A DNA stretch of 64,000 nucleotides from Eledone cirrhosa (lineage: Eukaryota), in assembly GCA_964016885.1 (NCBI GenBank), contig OZ024741.1, positions 21,638,001-21,702,000 on the forward strand. The letters run 5' to 3'. The translations under genes were made by a program, and so were the position numbers. The notes beneath the pieces are model-generated. The model made no database searches, was not told the DNA's origin, and saw only the letters and a program-made list of their open reading frames with translations. This document shows positions 30,001-41,200 of the stretch, piece after piece. The number at the start of each line of letters is the position of its first letter. The first letter of the stretch is position 1.

Positions 30001-33000
30001 TTACTTTCACCTGTCACCATCTTCAGTGTAATTACAGTGGCTGAACATAAACACCTACCTTTGTAATACCATACCACAATGAAACACATTACTTTCACCT
30101 GTCTCCATCTTCAGTGTAATTACACTGGCTGAACATAAACACCTACCTTCGTAAAACCATACCACAATGAAACACATTACTTTCACCTGTTGCCATCTTC
30201 AGTGTAATTACACTGGCTGAACATAAACACCTACCTTTGTAATACCATACCACAATGAAACATATTACTTTCACCTGTTGACATCTTCAGTGTAATTACA
30301 CTGGCTGAACATAAACACCTACCTTTGTAATACCATACCACAATGAAACATATTACTTTCACCTGTTGCCATCTTCAGTGTAATTACACTGGCTGAACAT
30401 AAACACCTACCTTTGTAATACCATACCACAATGAAACATATTACTTTCACCTGTTGCCATCTTCAGTGTAATTACACTGGCTGAACATAAACACCTACCT
30501 TTGTAATACCATACCACAATGAAACATATTACTTTCACCTGTTGACATCTTCAGTGTAATTACACTGGCTGAACATAAACACCTACCTTTGTAATACCAT
30601 ACCACAATGAAACACATTACTTTCACCTGTCGCCATGTTCAGTGTAATTGCACTGGCTGAACATAAACACCTACCTTTGTAATACCATACCACAATGAAA
30701 CACATTAGTTTCACCTGTCGCCATCTTCAGTGTAATTACACTGGCTGAACATAAACACCTACCTTTGTAATACCATACCACAATGAAACACATTAGTTTC
30801 ACCTGTCTCCATCTTCAGTGTAATTACACTGGCTGAACATAAACACCTACCTTTGTAATACCATACCACAATGAAACACATTACTTTCACCTGTCGCCAT
30901 CTTCATTGTAATTACACTGGCTGAACATAAAAACCTACCTTTGTAAAACCATACCACAATGAAACACATTACTTTCACCTGTTGCCATCTTCAGTGTAAT
31001 TACACTGGCTGAACATAAACACCTACCTTTGTAATACCATAACACAATGAAACACATTACTTTCACCTGTCACCATCTTCAGTGTAATTACAGTGGCTGA
31101 ACATAAACACCTACCTTTGTAATACCATACCACAATGAAACACATTACTTTCACCTGTCACCATCTTCAGTGTAATTACAGTGGCTGAACATAAAAACCT
31201 ACCTTTGTAAAACCATACCACAATGAAACACATTACTTTCACCTGTCTCCATCTTCAGTGTAATTACACTGGCTGAACATAAACACCTACCTTCGTAATA
31301 CCATACCACAATGAAACACATTAGTTTCACCTGTCACCATCTTCAGTGTAATTACACTGGCTGAACATAAACACCTACCTTCGTAATACCATACCACAAT
31401 GAAACACATTACTTTCACCTGTCACCATCTTCAGTGTAATTACACTGGCTGAACATAAACACCTACCTTTGTTATACCATACCACAATGAAACACATTAC
31501 TTTCACCTGTCGCCATCTTCAGTGTTATTACACTGGCTGAACATAAACACCTACCTTCGTAATACCATACCATACCACAATGAAACACATTACTTTCACC
31601 TGTCACCATCTTCAGTGTAATTACAGTGGCTGAACATAAACACCTACCTTCGTAATACCATACCACAATGAAACACATTACTTTCACCTGTCACCATCTT
31701 CAGTGTAATTACACTGGCTGAACATAAACACCTACCTTCGTAATACCATACCACAATGAAACACATTACTTTCACCTGTCGCCATCTTCAGTGTAATTAC
31801 ACTGGCTGAACATAAATACCTACCTTTGTAATACCATACCACAATGAAACACATTACTTTCACCTGTCACCATCTTCAGTGTAATTACACTGGCTGAACA
31901 TAAACACCTACCTTCGTAATACCATACCACAATGAAACACATTACTTTCACCTGTCGCCATCTTCAGTGTAATTACACTGGCTGAACATAAATACCTACC
32001 TTTGTAATACCATACCACAATGAAACACATTACTTTCACCTGTCACCATCTTCAGTGTAATTACACTGGCTGAACATAAACACCTACCTTCGTAATACCA
32101 TACCACAATGAAACACATTACTTTCACCTGTCGCCATCTTCAGTGTAATTACACTGGCTGAACATAAACACCTACCTTCATAATACCATACCACAATGAA
32201 ACACATTACTTTCACCTGTCACCATCTTCAGTGTAATTACAGTGGCTGAACATAAACACCTACCTTCGTAATACCATACCACAATGAAACACATTACTTT
32301 CACCTGTCGCCATCTTCAGTGTAATTACACTGGCTGAACATAAACACCTACCTTCGTAATACCATACCACAATGAAACACATTACTTTCACCTGTCGCCA
32401 TCTTCAGTGTAATTACACTGGCTGAACATAAATACCTACCTTTGTAATACCATACCACAATGAAACACATTACTTTCACCTGTCGCCATCTTCAGTGTAA
32501 TTACACTGGCTGAACATAAATACCTACCTTTGTAATACCATACCACAATGAAACACATTACTTTCACCTGTCGCCATCTTCAGTGTCATTACACTGGCTG
32601 AACATAAATACCTACCTTTGTAATACCATACCACAATGAAACACATTACTTTCACCTGTCGCCATCTTCAGTGTAATTACACTGGCTGAACATAAATACC
32701 TACCTTTGTAATACCATACCACAATGAAACACATTACTTTCACCTGTCGCCATCTTCAGTGTAATTACACTGGCTGAACATAAACACCTACCTTCGTAAT
32801 ACCATACCACAATGAAACACATTACTTTCACCTGTCGCCATCTTCAGTGTAATTACACTGGCTGAACATAAATACCTACCTTTGTAATACCATACCACAA
32901 TGAAACACATTACTTTCACCTGTCGCCATCTTCAGTGTAATTACACTGGCTGAACATAAATACCTACCTTTGTAATACCATACCACAATGAAACACATTA

Positions 33001-33624
33001 CTTTCACCTGTCGCCATCTTCAGTGTAATTACACTGGCTGAACATAAATACCTACCTTTGTAATACCATACCACAATGAAACACATTACTTTCACCTGTC
33101 GCCATCTTCAGTGTAATTACACTGGCTGAACATAAACACCTACCTTCGTAATACCATACCACAATGAAACACATTACTTTCACCTGTCGCCATCTTCAGT
33201 GTAATTACACTGGCTGAACATAAATACCTACCTTTGTAATACCATACCACAATGAAACACATTACTTTCACCTGTCACCATCTTCAGTGTAATTACACTG
33301 GCTGAACATAAATACCTACCTTTGTAATACCATACCACAATGAAACACATTACTTTCACCTGTCGCCATCTTCAGTGTAATTACACTGGCTGAACATAAA
33401 CACCTACCTTCGTAATACCATACCACAATGAAACACATTACTTTCACCTGTCGCCATCTTCATTGTTATTACACTGGCTGAACATAAAAACCTACCTTTG
33501 TAATACCATACCACAATGAAACACATTACTTTCACCTGTCGCCATCTTCAGTGTAATTACAGTGGCTGAACATAAACACCTACCTTTGTAATACCATACC
33601 ACAATGAAACACATTACTTTCACC
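1..33624. repeat. 88-bp satellite array (about 380 monomers, runs off the left edge), with 93-bp and 86-bp length variants
   Basis: Consensus TACCATACCACAATGAAACACATTACTTTCACCTGTCGCCATCTTCAGTGTAATTACACTGGCTGAACATAAACACCTACCTTTGTAA repeats head-to-tail. Variants carry an extra ACCAT (+5) or lose CA (-2). The array ends abruptly at ...ACTTTCACC|AAGCTG. Each monomer holds the 16-bp palindrome CAGTGTAATTACACTG. Confidence 0.99.
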
Positions 33625-34149
33625 AAGCTGCTTCGTTGACCAGTTCCACCTCAACTGCATTATTTTAAATTGTTTCAAAAGACTTGAATCATCTACGGCT
33701 ATAAGAGGTCTCTCCTTCATCTGCTTCTCATCAGTTAAATACCCTTAAACAGAGGTTTCATCCTTGAAATTAGTTCATCTTTTACTGTATAACGGCAGCA
33801 ACAACAACAACATCAACATATCATCGTCTTCTTCTTCTCCCCCCCCCCCCCCCTTTATTTCTGAGAAGGTCGCTGGGACACAATCCTCTAACACACATTA
33901 CACACACACACATACACATAGAAATGTAATCTGAGTTTTTCGAATATTAATAGTAATATTCGATTCGTTTGCAATTATGCAAACACGCCTCCTTTTTACA
34001 GCCATGTCAGTAGAATGAACTTGTGTTGGCAAACCAAAGAATTTAAGATTTTAACACACACACACACACACATATATATATATGCAAAAAAACAAACAGA
34101 AATAACAAAGGAAACGACACAGTACAATGAAGAAATATATTAGTTTTAT

Positions 34150-34220
34150 GCTTGATATAGTAGGAAAATAGTCATAATGTTTCAGACGCTAGTCCTTCAT
34201 TAGAAAATAGAATGAGAAAT
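34150..34220 (-). mobile_element. Decayed Penelope-like terminal repeat fragment with a degenerate hammerhead motif (paralog of 52675-52750)
   Basis: GCTTGATATAG...TTTCAGACGCTAGTCCTTCATTAG...AGAATGAGAAAT matches 52678-52748. The minus strand reads CTAATGAAGGACTAGCGTCTGAAACATT, with a mutated core. Confidence 0.6.
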
Positions 34221-34228
34221 CAAAGAAG

Positions 34229-34230
<2 letters not shown>

Positions 34231-34265
<35 letters not shown>

Positions 34266-34286
34266 TATATACATATATATATATAC

Positions 34287-34317
<31 letters not shown>

Positions 34318-34318
34318 C

Positions 34319-34407
<89 letters not shown>

Positions 34408-34434
34408 CATATATTATATATATATATATATATA
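34231..34434. repeat. (TA)n microsatellite with CA interruptions
   Basis: Seen directly; it explains the YIYI ORFs. Confidence 0.97.
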
Positions 34435-34551
34435 TCATTGTTATTGTTATAATTTTCGTATGCTTTAAATTGTTCGTTTTCGTTTATGATCACCTTTACA
34501 GGTTAAAAATTAATTGTAGTTTTTTTCCCCATTGGAAATGAAAGATATCCT

Positions 34552-35637
34552 TCAAATTTCTATGTCGGCCGGCAACCATTTTATAAAAAGAATTTCGTTA
34601 AGTGTACTGAACTTAAACTTCTGGGGACAGGCTGTGTTCTGAATGTTTTTGTCTGTTAACAGTTTACCGTCCTTCAGGTAATTCTTTTTGCTTTTGGTCT
34701 GGCACCAAATTATTAGTTTGTCAATGACAGGTGTTTCTTGCTGGACAATCTCTCCCACACCTCGAATGACGATTAAACCATATGATAGATATTCTGCGAG
34801 TCGCTCCTCTAATTCCGGTACATACTCTGACTTTTTTCTGTCTTTTTTCATCGGGTGTTTCATGTCTCCCCATATCCGACAACTATTCAACATGGTTATT
34901 AAGCTGCTGCTATCACCAATGCAGTCTTTAAAGTCAGCAAGCCAATCAACAATTCCTTTATAGTCGTTCATTTTCACTTCGGGTTTGCTTGTTTTTATAG
35001 CTTGTATAATTTTAGAACATTCTGTAGAACAGTTTGAAATCATTTCAGCAGTTTTTTCGCTGACACCTTCGAATAATCCTGGTTCATTTTCAAGAGGCTT
35101 TTCGTCCCATTCACTCCATCTTCCGAACAGGAGACAAGATTCAAGGTATACGAAAGGCGATAGAAGTACGGTCATAAAGTTAAGAGATGACTGGAGAGTA
35201 CATTCCCCGCCAATTATTAACTGCAACGTTGACAATGGTCCTCGTTTCGGGGGAGCTGTTCCGAATAGAGTTGAGGCTACAATAGATGCTACAGTCACTT
35301 TGACATCAACTTGAAAACCAAATTTAACGAGTTCACATATCCAAGGACATGTCTCCAGGTTAACAATCGTACATTGTTCCCCAACCTCATCCAAACATGT
35401 CCGGCACTGATATTCGAAACCTGATCTTCCAGGGGTTCCAATGATAATAGTTCTCTTTTTAATGTATTTCTTCATGGCTTTTAAATAATCTTGAAGAAGT
35501 TCAGGAGGTGAGGACATTATAATAATATCACTTTCTGAGATGAAATCTCCTGGTTTATCTGTTATTTCACCTGGTCTTCCTTTCTCGGAATACATAGAGC
35601 CATCTTTTCGGGGGAAGTTGATCAGCATTGTTGCGTC
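34552..35637 (-). CDS. Coding exon 2 (361 aa + stop) of an opine (octopine/tauropine) dehydrogenase-like protein
   Basis: Acceptor ...CATTTCAG|GAC GCA ACA ATG in phase 0, TGA at 34554-34552. Motifs GFEYQCR, LETCPWIC, PLSTLQ, LFGRWSEWD.KP, KHPMK, DKLIIWCQ, YLKDGKL and CPQKFKFSTL are colinear with molluscan octopine dehydrogenase as recalled (GFEFQCR, FETLPWAC, PLSTLQ, LFGRWGSWDGKP, VHPVK, DKLIMWAQ, YLVDGAL, CPQRYGFNTL). Confidence 0.92.
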   Translation of the reverse strand, partial: DATMLINFPRKDGSMYSEKGRPGEITDKPGDFISESDIIIMSSPPELLQDYLKAMKKYIKKRTIIIGTPGRSGFEYQCRTCLDEVGEQCTIVNLETCPWICELVKFGFQVDVKVTVASIVASTLFGTAPPKRGPLSTLQLIIGGECTLQSSLNFMTVLLSPFVYLESCLLFGRWSEWDEKPLENEPGLFEGVSEKTAEMISNCSTECSKIIQAIKTSKPEVKMNDYKGIVDWLADFKDCIGDSSSLITMLNSCRIWGDMKHPMKKDRKKSEYVPELEERLAEYLSYGLIVIRGVGEIVQQETPVIDKLIIWCQTKSKKNYLKDGKLLTDKNIQNTACPQKFKFSTLNEILFIKWLPADIEI

Positions 35638-35718
35638 CTGAAATGTTTAATAATAAAATTGTCTCTTAGAAAATATACTATATAAAAAGCAACAAAAACA
35701 CTAACAAAACAAAGTCAT

Positions 35719-36070
35719 TACTCTCAGATCTTGAATAATCGCTCCCCACTACCACTAATTAGTTTTTCAATCCCCACCCTGCTTTTATCCCCCCTTCCCG
35801 CTTATTAAATTTTGCTAATCTATCTCCGGTTAAATTTTATTGTAAGTGATTCACATTAATACAGCAGCTGGAGAATCTAATAATAATTTTATTTTACATT
35901 ATAAAAACATTATATATGACAAAAAAAGAACATTATAAGAAATCCGATATTTACGAACTATGCAATTACCGATTTCCCAACCCCTCCATTTACCCCCCCC
36001 CTTATAAGAATCTAAGCAAAGGCTCCCCACCCCACTTATTTCTTCCCTTATTATTTGGGACTCGAGAGTA
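35719..36070. mobile_element. Putative MITE (TA-ended, imperfect terminal inverted repeats) in the intron
   Basis: Left end TACTCTCAGATCTTGAATAAT; reverse complement of the right end TACTCTCGAGTCCCAAATAAT. Non-coding, ~350 bp. Confidence 0.55.
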
Positions 36071-36190
36071 CTTTAAAACTTCAAGGTTGTTGCTGTTGAT
36101 ACCTTGAGACAGTGATATTGGTAGTGTCTAGTGATATCACAAGATTTTCAAGTTGACAACAACAATATGTCGAACAATAGCGAAACATTA

Positions 36191-36810
36191 TTAGGACAGT
36201 AGTGAAATATTTAGAACATTAGTGAAATATTTAGGACATTAGTGAAATATTTAGGACAGTAGTGAAATATTTAGGACAGTAGTGAAATATTTAGGACATT
36301 AGTGAAATATTTAGGACAGTAGTGAAATATTTAGGAGATTAGTGAAATATTTAGGACAGTGGTGAAATATTTAGGACAACAGTGAAATATTTAGGACATT
36401 AGTGAAATATTTAGGACGGTAGTGAAATATTTAGGACAGTGGTGAAATATTTAGGATAACAGTGAAATATTTAGGACATTAGTGAAATATTTAGGACGGT
36501 ACTGAAATATTTAGGACAGTGGTGAAATATTTAGGACAACAGTGAAATATTTAGGACATTAGTGAAATATTTAGGACGGTAGTGAAATATTTAGGACAGT
36601 GGTGAAATATTTAGGATAACAGTGAAATATTTAGGACAGTAGTGAAATATTTAGGACAGTAGTGAAATATTTAGGGCATTAGTGAAATATTTAGGACAAC
36701 AGTGAAATATTTAGGACAGTAGTGAAATATTTAGGACAACAGTGAAATATTTAGGACATTAGTGAAATATTTAGGACAGTAGTGAAATATTTAGGACAGT
36801 GGTGAAATAT
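36191..36810. repeat. 20-bp minisatellite, about 31 copies, intronic
   Basis: Unit AGTGAAATATTTAGGACAGT; variation is concentrated in the last 3-4 bases. Confidence 0.97.
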
Positions 36811-37046
36811 AATATAATTTTCTATCACCACCAATGTCACAACGGGTTAAGATAGCGAATTCTGTGGGTTTGAATAACTTTACATCCCGTGAAGAGCTGA
36901 AAACTATGACCTTTCATGACTGACTCTTAATGTCAGAGGGAGACAAAAAATAAAACTGTAGCAATGGGCTTAGATTGACATATTTATAACCTCATCAAGT
37001 TCAAAAAGACTTTATTAACAAAACAACAATAACAATATATATATAC

Positions 37047-37199
37047 CTTTGCTTTCAAAGCAGTCTTCCAGGTGTCTACAGCTTTGCTTTCTGTGGCAAA
37101 AACTGTAACTTCCATGTTCGGCCTTGACGCAGCTAATCCTGCTATAAGTTGAGAAGCAGGATTACTTCCACATACCGTAAGTTTTACTGGGCTTCCCAT
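37047..37199 (-). CDS. Coding exon 1 (51 aa) of the opine dehydrogenase-like protein
   Basis: ATG at 37199-37197 gives MGSPVKLTVCGSNPASQLIAGLAASRPNMEVTVFATESKAVDTWKTALKAK, matching the ODH N-terminus (VKVCVCGGGNGAHTLSGLAASRDGVEVRV). Donor AAG|GTATAT is phase 0 and joins exon 2 in frame over a 1409-bp GT-AG intron (412 aa in total). A polypyrimidine-AG acceptor sits 5 nt upstream of the ATG. Confidence 0.9.
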
Positions 37200-37494
37200 T
37201 GTACCTTTAAAGATAAAAAAAAAAGTATTTGTTAAATCCTGTTGTCTTGAACAAGAAAAAATATTGTTGTTTACTGAAGATGTCACAGGAAAATTTCTGA
37301 CAAAAGAACTTTAGAAAATTATATTTATATTTATATTTTTAACTGTTGGTCAATCAATGATAAAAATTGATTGCCAATTAAATTATTTATAGAAATATAA
37401 AAATATATATTGAAGCGAAAACCAAACCAAACAGTAAGTGTCTTTTACTATTTTTGGCAAAATTAGAACAACATGATCCTTCCTACCAGAATAT

Positions 37495-37612
37495 TGATTT
37501 TTAATTTAAGCACATGACTAGAAAATTTGGCAAAGTTGATGATTAAATTAACCGCAGTACTTTACTGGTACTTTATTTTAACGACCTCGTAAGGATGAAA
37601 GGCAGAGCCGCC
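37495..37612 (-). mobile_element. Decayed tRNA-derived SINE body fragment
   Basis: CAGTAC...ACTGGTACTTTATTTTAACGACCTCGTAAGGATGAAAGGCAGAG matches 62598-62655. Confidence 0.7.
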
Positions 37613-38026
37613 TATTTACCACACTTTGGACAAGAAAAATATTAACAAAAAGAAATTACAAAGACAAGTTTGACAAATCTAATTCCGTGGAAATACCTTT
37701 AAAGTTTTGTTCATAGGGCACAGCCTAAACACCACCCCACCCTAGGCATGCAGCCTATCACCCTCTCCCCTTCTACCTCTCTTATATCTTTGGCCTTATA
37801 GTCCTTGCTCTTTCCTCTCATTTATGACATTTATAGCCCTTTCTCCTACTTTCCTCTACAGTCAGATCTGTCCCCCCCCCCGACCCTTCCCCACCTCTGT
37901 TCACTGCTTGGTTTCTTTTTATCCTTTTTCTCTTTTTCTCTTTCTTTCATATTTCCATCAATATTTATATAACTGTGAATTGATTTATTTCTAACATCAG
38001 CACTAAATCACAAATTTATTCTGAAG

Positions 38027-38098
38027 GACTATGTTAAAAAATAAACCTCATTTGGTCATTCCATGAGCGTATCTTGGTCTTTTCAACCGACCCTTGTA
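38027..38098 (-). mobile_element. Mariner-like MITE end fragment (same family as 62726-62810)
   Basis: Reverse complement TACAAGGGTCGGTTGAAAAG-ACCAAGATACGCTCATGGAATGACCAAATGAGGTTTATTTTTTAACATAGTCC is nearly identical to 62757-62809. Confidence 0.7.
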
Positions 38099-38279
38099 GT
38101 TAGTTATCTGCAATGCTAAATTCAGTTCATCGTAAAAGGTTCAACTAAATAAAAAGGTGAGATCCCACTGGTCCTATATACAAGCAATATCATAACAAGG
38201 GTTCTCATTGCTCGGTGATAAAGGCACTTTTGGTTCCCCTTCACCTTAATTAAAAAGTGTGATAATCCAGAGGGAATTT

Positions 38280-41200
38280 TACGGCCCCTCTTACCTCAGT
38301 TAGGAAGGGAATACCTCACGGCCCTTCTTACCCCTGTCAGGAAGGGACTACCTCATGGCCATTCTTACTTCTGTCAGGAAGGGACTACCTCATGGCCCTT
38401 CTTACCTCTGTCAGGAAGGGACTACCTCATGGCCCTTCTTACCCCTGTCAGGAAGGGACTACCTCACGGCCCTTCTTACCCCTGTCAGGAAGAGACTACC
38501 TCAAGGCCCTTCTTTCCTCTGTTAAGAAGGGACTATCTCACGGCCCTTCTTACCTCTGTCAGGAAGGGACTACCTCACGGCCCTCCTTACCTCTGTCAGG
38601 AAGGGACTATCTCACGGCCCTTCTTACCCCTGTCAGGAAGGGACTACCTCACGGCCCTTCTTACCCCTGTCAGGAAGAGACTACCTCAAGGCCCTTCTTT
38701 CCTCTGTTAAGAAGGGACTATCTCACGGCCCTTCTTACCTCTGTCAGGAAGGGACTACCTCACGGCCCTTCTTTCCTCTATCAGGGAGGGACTACCTCAC
38801 GGCCCTTCTTACCCCTGTCAGGGAGGGACTACCTCATGGCCCTTCTTACCCCTGTCAGGGAGGGACTACCTCATGGCCCTTCTTACCTCTGTCAGGAAGG
38901 GACTACCTCACGGCCCTTCTTTCCTCTGTCAGGAAGGGACTACATCACGGCCCTTGTTTCCTCTGTTAAGAAGGGACTATCTCACGGCCCTTCTTACCTC
39001 TGTCAGGAAGGGACTATCTCATGGCCCTTCTTACCTCTGTCAGGAAGGGACTACCTCACAGCCCTTCTTTCCTCTGTTAAGAAGGGACTATCTCACGGCC
39101 CTTCTTTCCTCTATCAGGGAGGGACTACCTCACGGCCCTTCTTACCCCTGTCAGGGAGGGACTACCTCATGGCCCTTCTTACCCTGTCAGGGAGGGATTA
39201 CCTCACGGCCCTTCTTTCCTCTGTCAGGAAGGGACAACCTCACGGCCCTTCTTTCCTCTGTTAAGAAGGGACTATCTCACGGCCCTTCTTTCCTCTATCA
39301 GGGAGGGACTACCTCACGGCCCTTCTTACCCCTGTCAGGGAGGGACTACCTCATGGCCCTTCTTACCCTGTCAGGGAGGGATTACCTCACGGCCCTTCTT
39401 TCCTCTGTCAGGAAGGGACTACCTCACAGCCCTTCTTTCCTCTATCAGGGAGGGACTACCTCACGGCCCTTCTTACCCCTGTCAGGGAGTGACTACCTCA
39501 TGGCCCTTCTTACCCCTGACAGGGAGGGACTACCTCACGGCCCTTCTTACCCCTGTCAGGGAGTGACTACCTCATGGCCCTTCTTACCCCTGACAGGGAG
39601 GGATTACCTCACGGCCCTTCTTTCCTCTGTCAGGAAGGGACTACCTCACGGCCGTTCTTACCTCTGTCAGGAAGGGAATACCTCAAGGCCCTTCTTACCT
39701 CTATCAGGGAGGGACTACCTCACGGCCCTTCTTACCCCTGTCAGGGAGGGACTACCTCACGGCCGTTCTTACCTCTGTCAGGAAGGGACTACCTCACGGC
39801 CGTTCTTACCTCTGTCAGGAAGGGACTACCTCACGGCCCTTCTTACCTCTGTCAGGAAGGAACTACTTCACGGCCCTTCTTACCTCTGTCAGGAAGGGAC
39901 TACCTCACGGCCCTTCTTACCTCTGTCAGGAAGGAACTACTTCACGGCCCTTCTTACCTCTGTCAGGAAGGGACTACCTCACGGCCGTTCTTACCTCTGT
40001 CAGGGAGGGACTACCTCATGGCCCTTCTTACCCCTGTCAGGAAGGGACTACCTCACGGCTCTTCTTTCCTCTGTCAGGAAGGGAATACCTCAAGGCCCTT
40101 CTTACCTCTGTCAGGAAGGGACTACCTCACGGCCCTTCTTTCCTCTGTCAGGAAGGGAATACCTCAAGGCCCTTCTTACCTCTGTCAGGAAGGGACTACC
40201 TCACGGCCCTTCTTTCCTCTGTCAGGAAGGGACTACCGCACGGCCCTTCTTTCCTCTGTCAGGAAGGGAATACCTCAAGGCCCTTCTTACCTCTGTCAGG
40301 AAGGGACTACCTCACGGCCCTTCTTTCCTCTGTCAGGAAGGGACTACCGCACGGCCCTTCTTACCTCTGTCAGGAAGGGACTACCTCACGGCCCTTCTTA
40401 CCTCTGTCAGGAAGGGACTACCTCACGGCCCTTCTTACCTCTGTCAGGAAGGGACTACATCACGGCCGTTCTTACCTCTGTCAGGAAGGGACTACCTCAC
40501 GGCCCTTCTTTCCTCTGTCAGGAAGGGAATACCTCAAGGCCCTTCTTACCTCTGTCAGGAAGGGACTACCTCACGGCCCTTCTTACCTCTGTCAGGAAGG
40601 GACTACCTCACGGCCCTTCTTTCCTCTGTCAGGAAGGGAATACCTCAAGGCCCTTCTTACCTCTGTCAGGAAGGGACTACCTCACGGCCCTTCTTACCTC
40701 TGTCAGGAAGGGACTACCTCACGGCCCTTCTTACCTCTGTCAGGAAGGGACTACCTCACGGCCGTTCTTACCTCTGTCAGGAAGGGACTACCTCACGGCC
40801 CTTCTTACCCCTGTCAGGAAGAGACTACCTCACGGCCGTTCTTACCCCTGTCAGGAAGAGACTACCTCAAGGCCCTTCTTTCCTCTGTTAAGAAGGGAAT
40901 ACCTCACGGCCCTTCTTTCCTCTGTCAGGAAGGGACTTCCTCAAGGCCCTTCTTACCCCTGTCAGGAAGGGATTACCTCAAGGCCCCTCTTTCCTCTGTT
41001 AAGAAGGGAATACCTCACGGCCCTTCTTTCCTCTGTTAAGAAGGGAATACCTCACGGCCCTTCTTTCCTCTGTCAGGAAGGGACTACCTCAAGGCCCTTC
41101 TTACCCCTGTCTGGAAGGGACTACCTCAAGGCCCTTCTTTCCTCTGTTAAGAAGGGACTACCTCATGGCCGTTCTTACCTCTGTCAGGAAGGGACTACCT

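Noticed and set aside
1578-31687. Dozens of 61-81 aa minus-strand ORFs (MKVMCFIVVWYYKGRC...)
   Set aside because: They arise wherever a 93-bp variant monomer shifts the frame past the stop; they are satellite translation artefacts, mostly with non-ATG starts.
1-33624. CRISPR-like array (palindromic repeats at regular spacing)
   Set aside because: No unique spacers, the whole unit repeats, there are no cas genes and the context is eukaryotic.
34688-35314. Plus-strand ORFs of 91 and 109 aa
   Set aside because: Antisense shadows of the dehydrogenase-like exon.
36984-37286. 100-aa ORF as a standalone gene
   Set aside because: Only 37047-37199 is coding; the flanks are intron sequence read through in frame.
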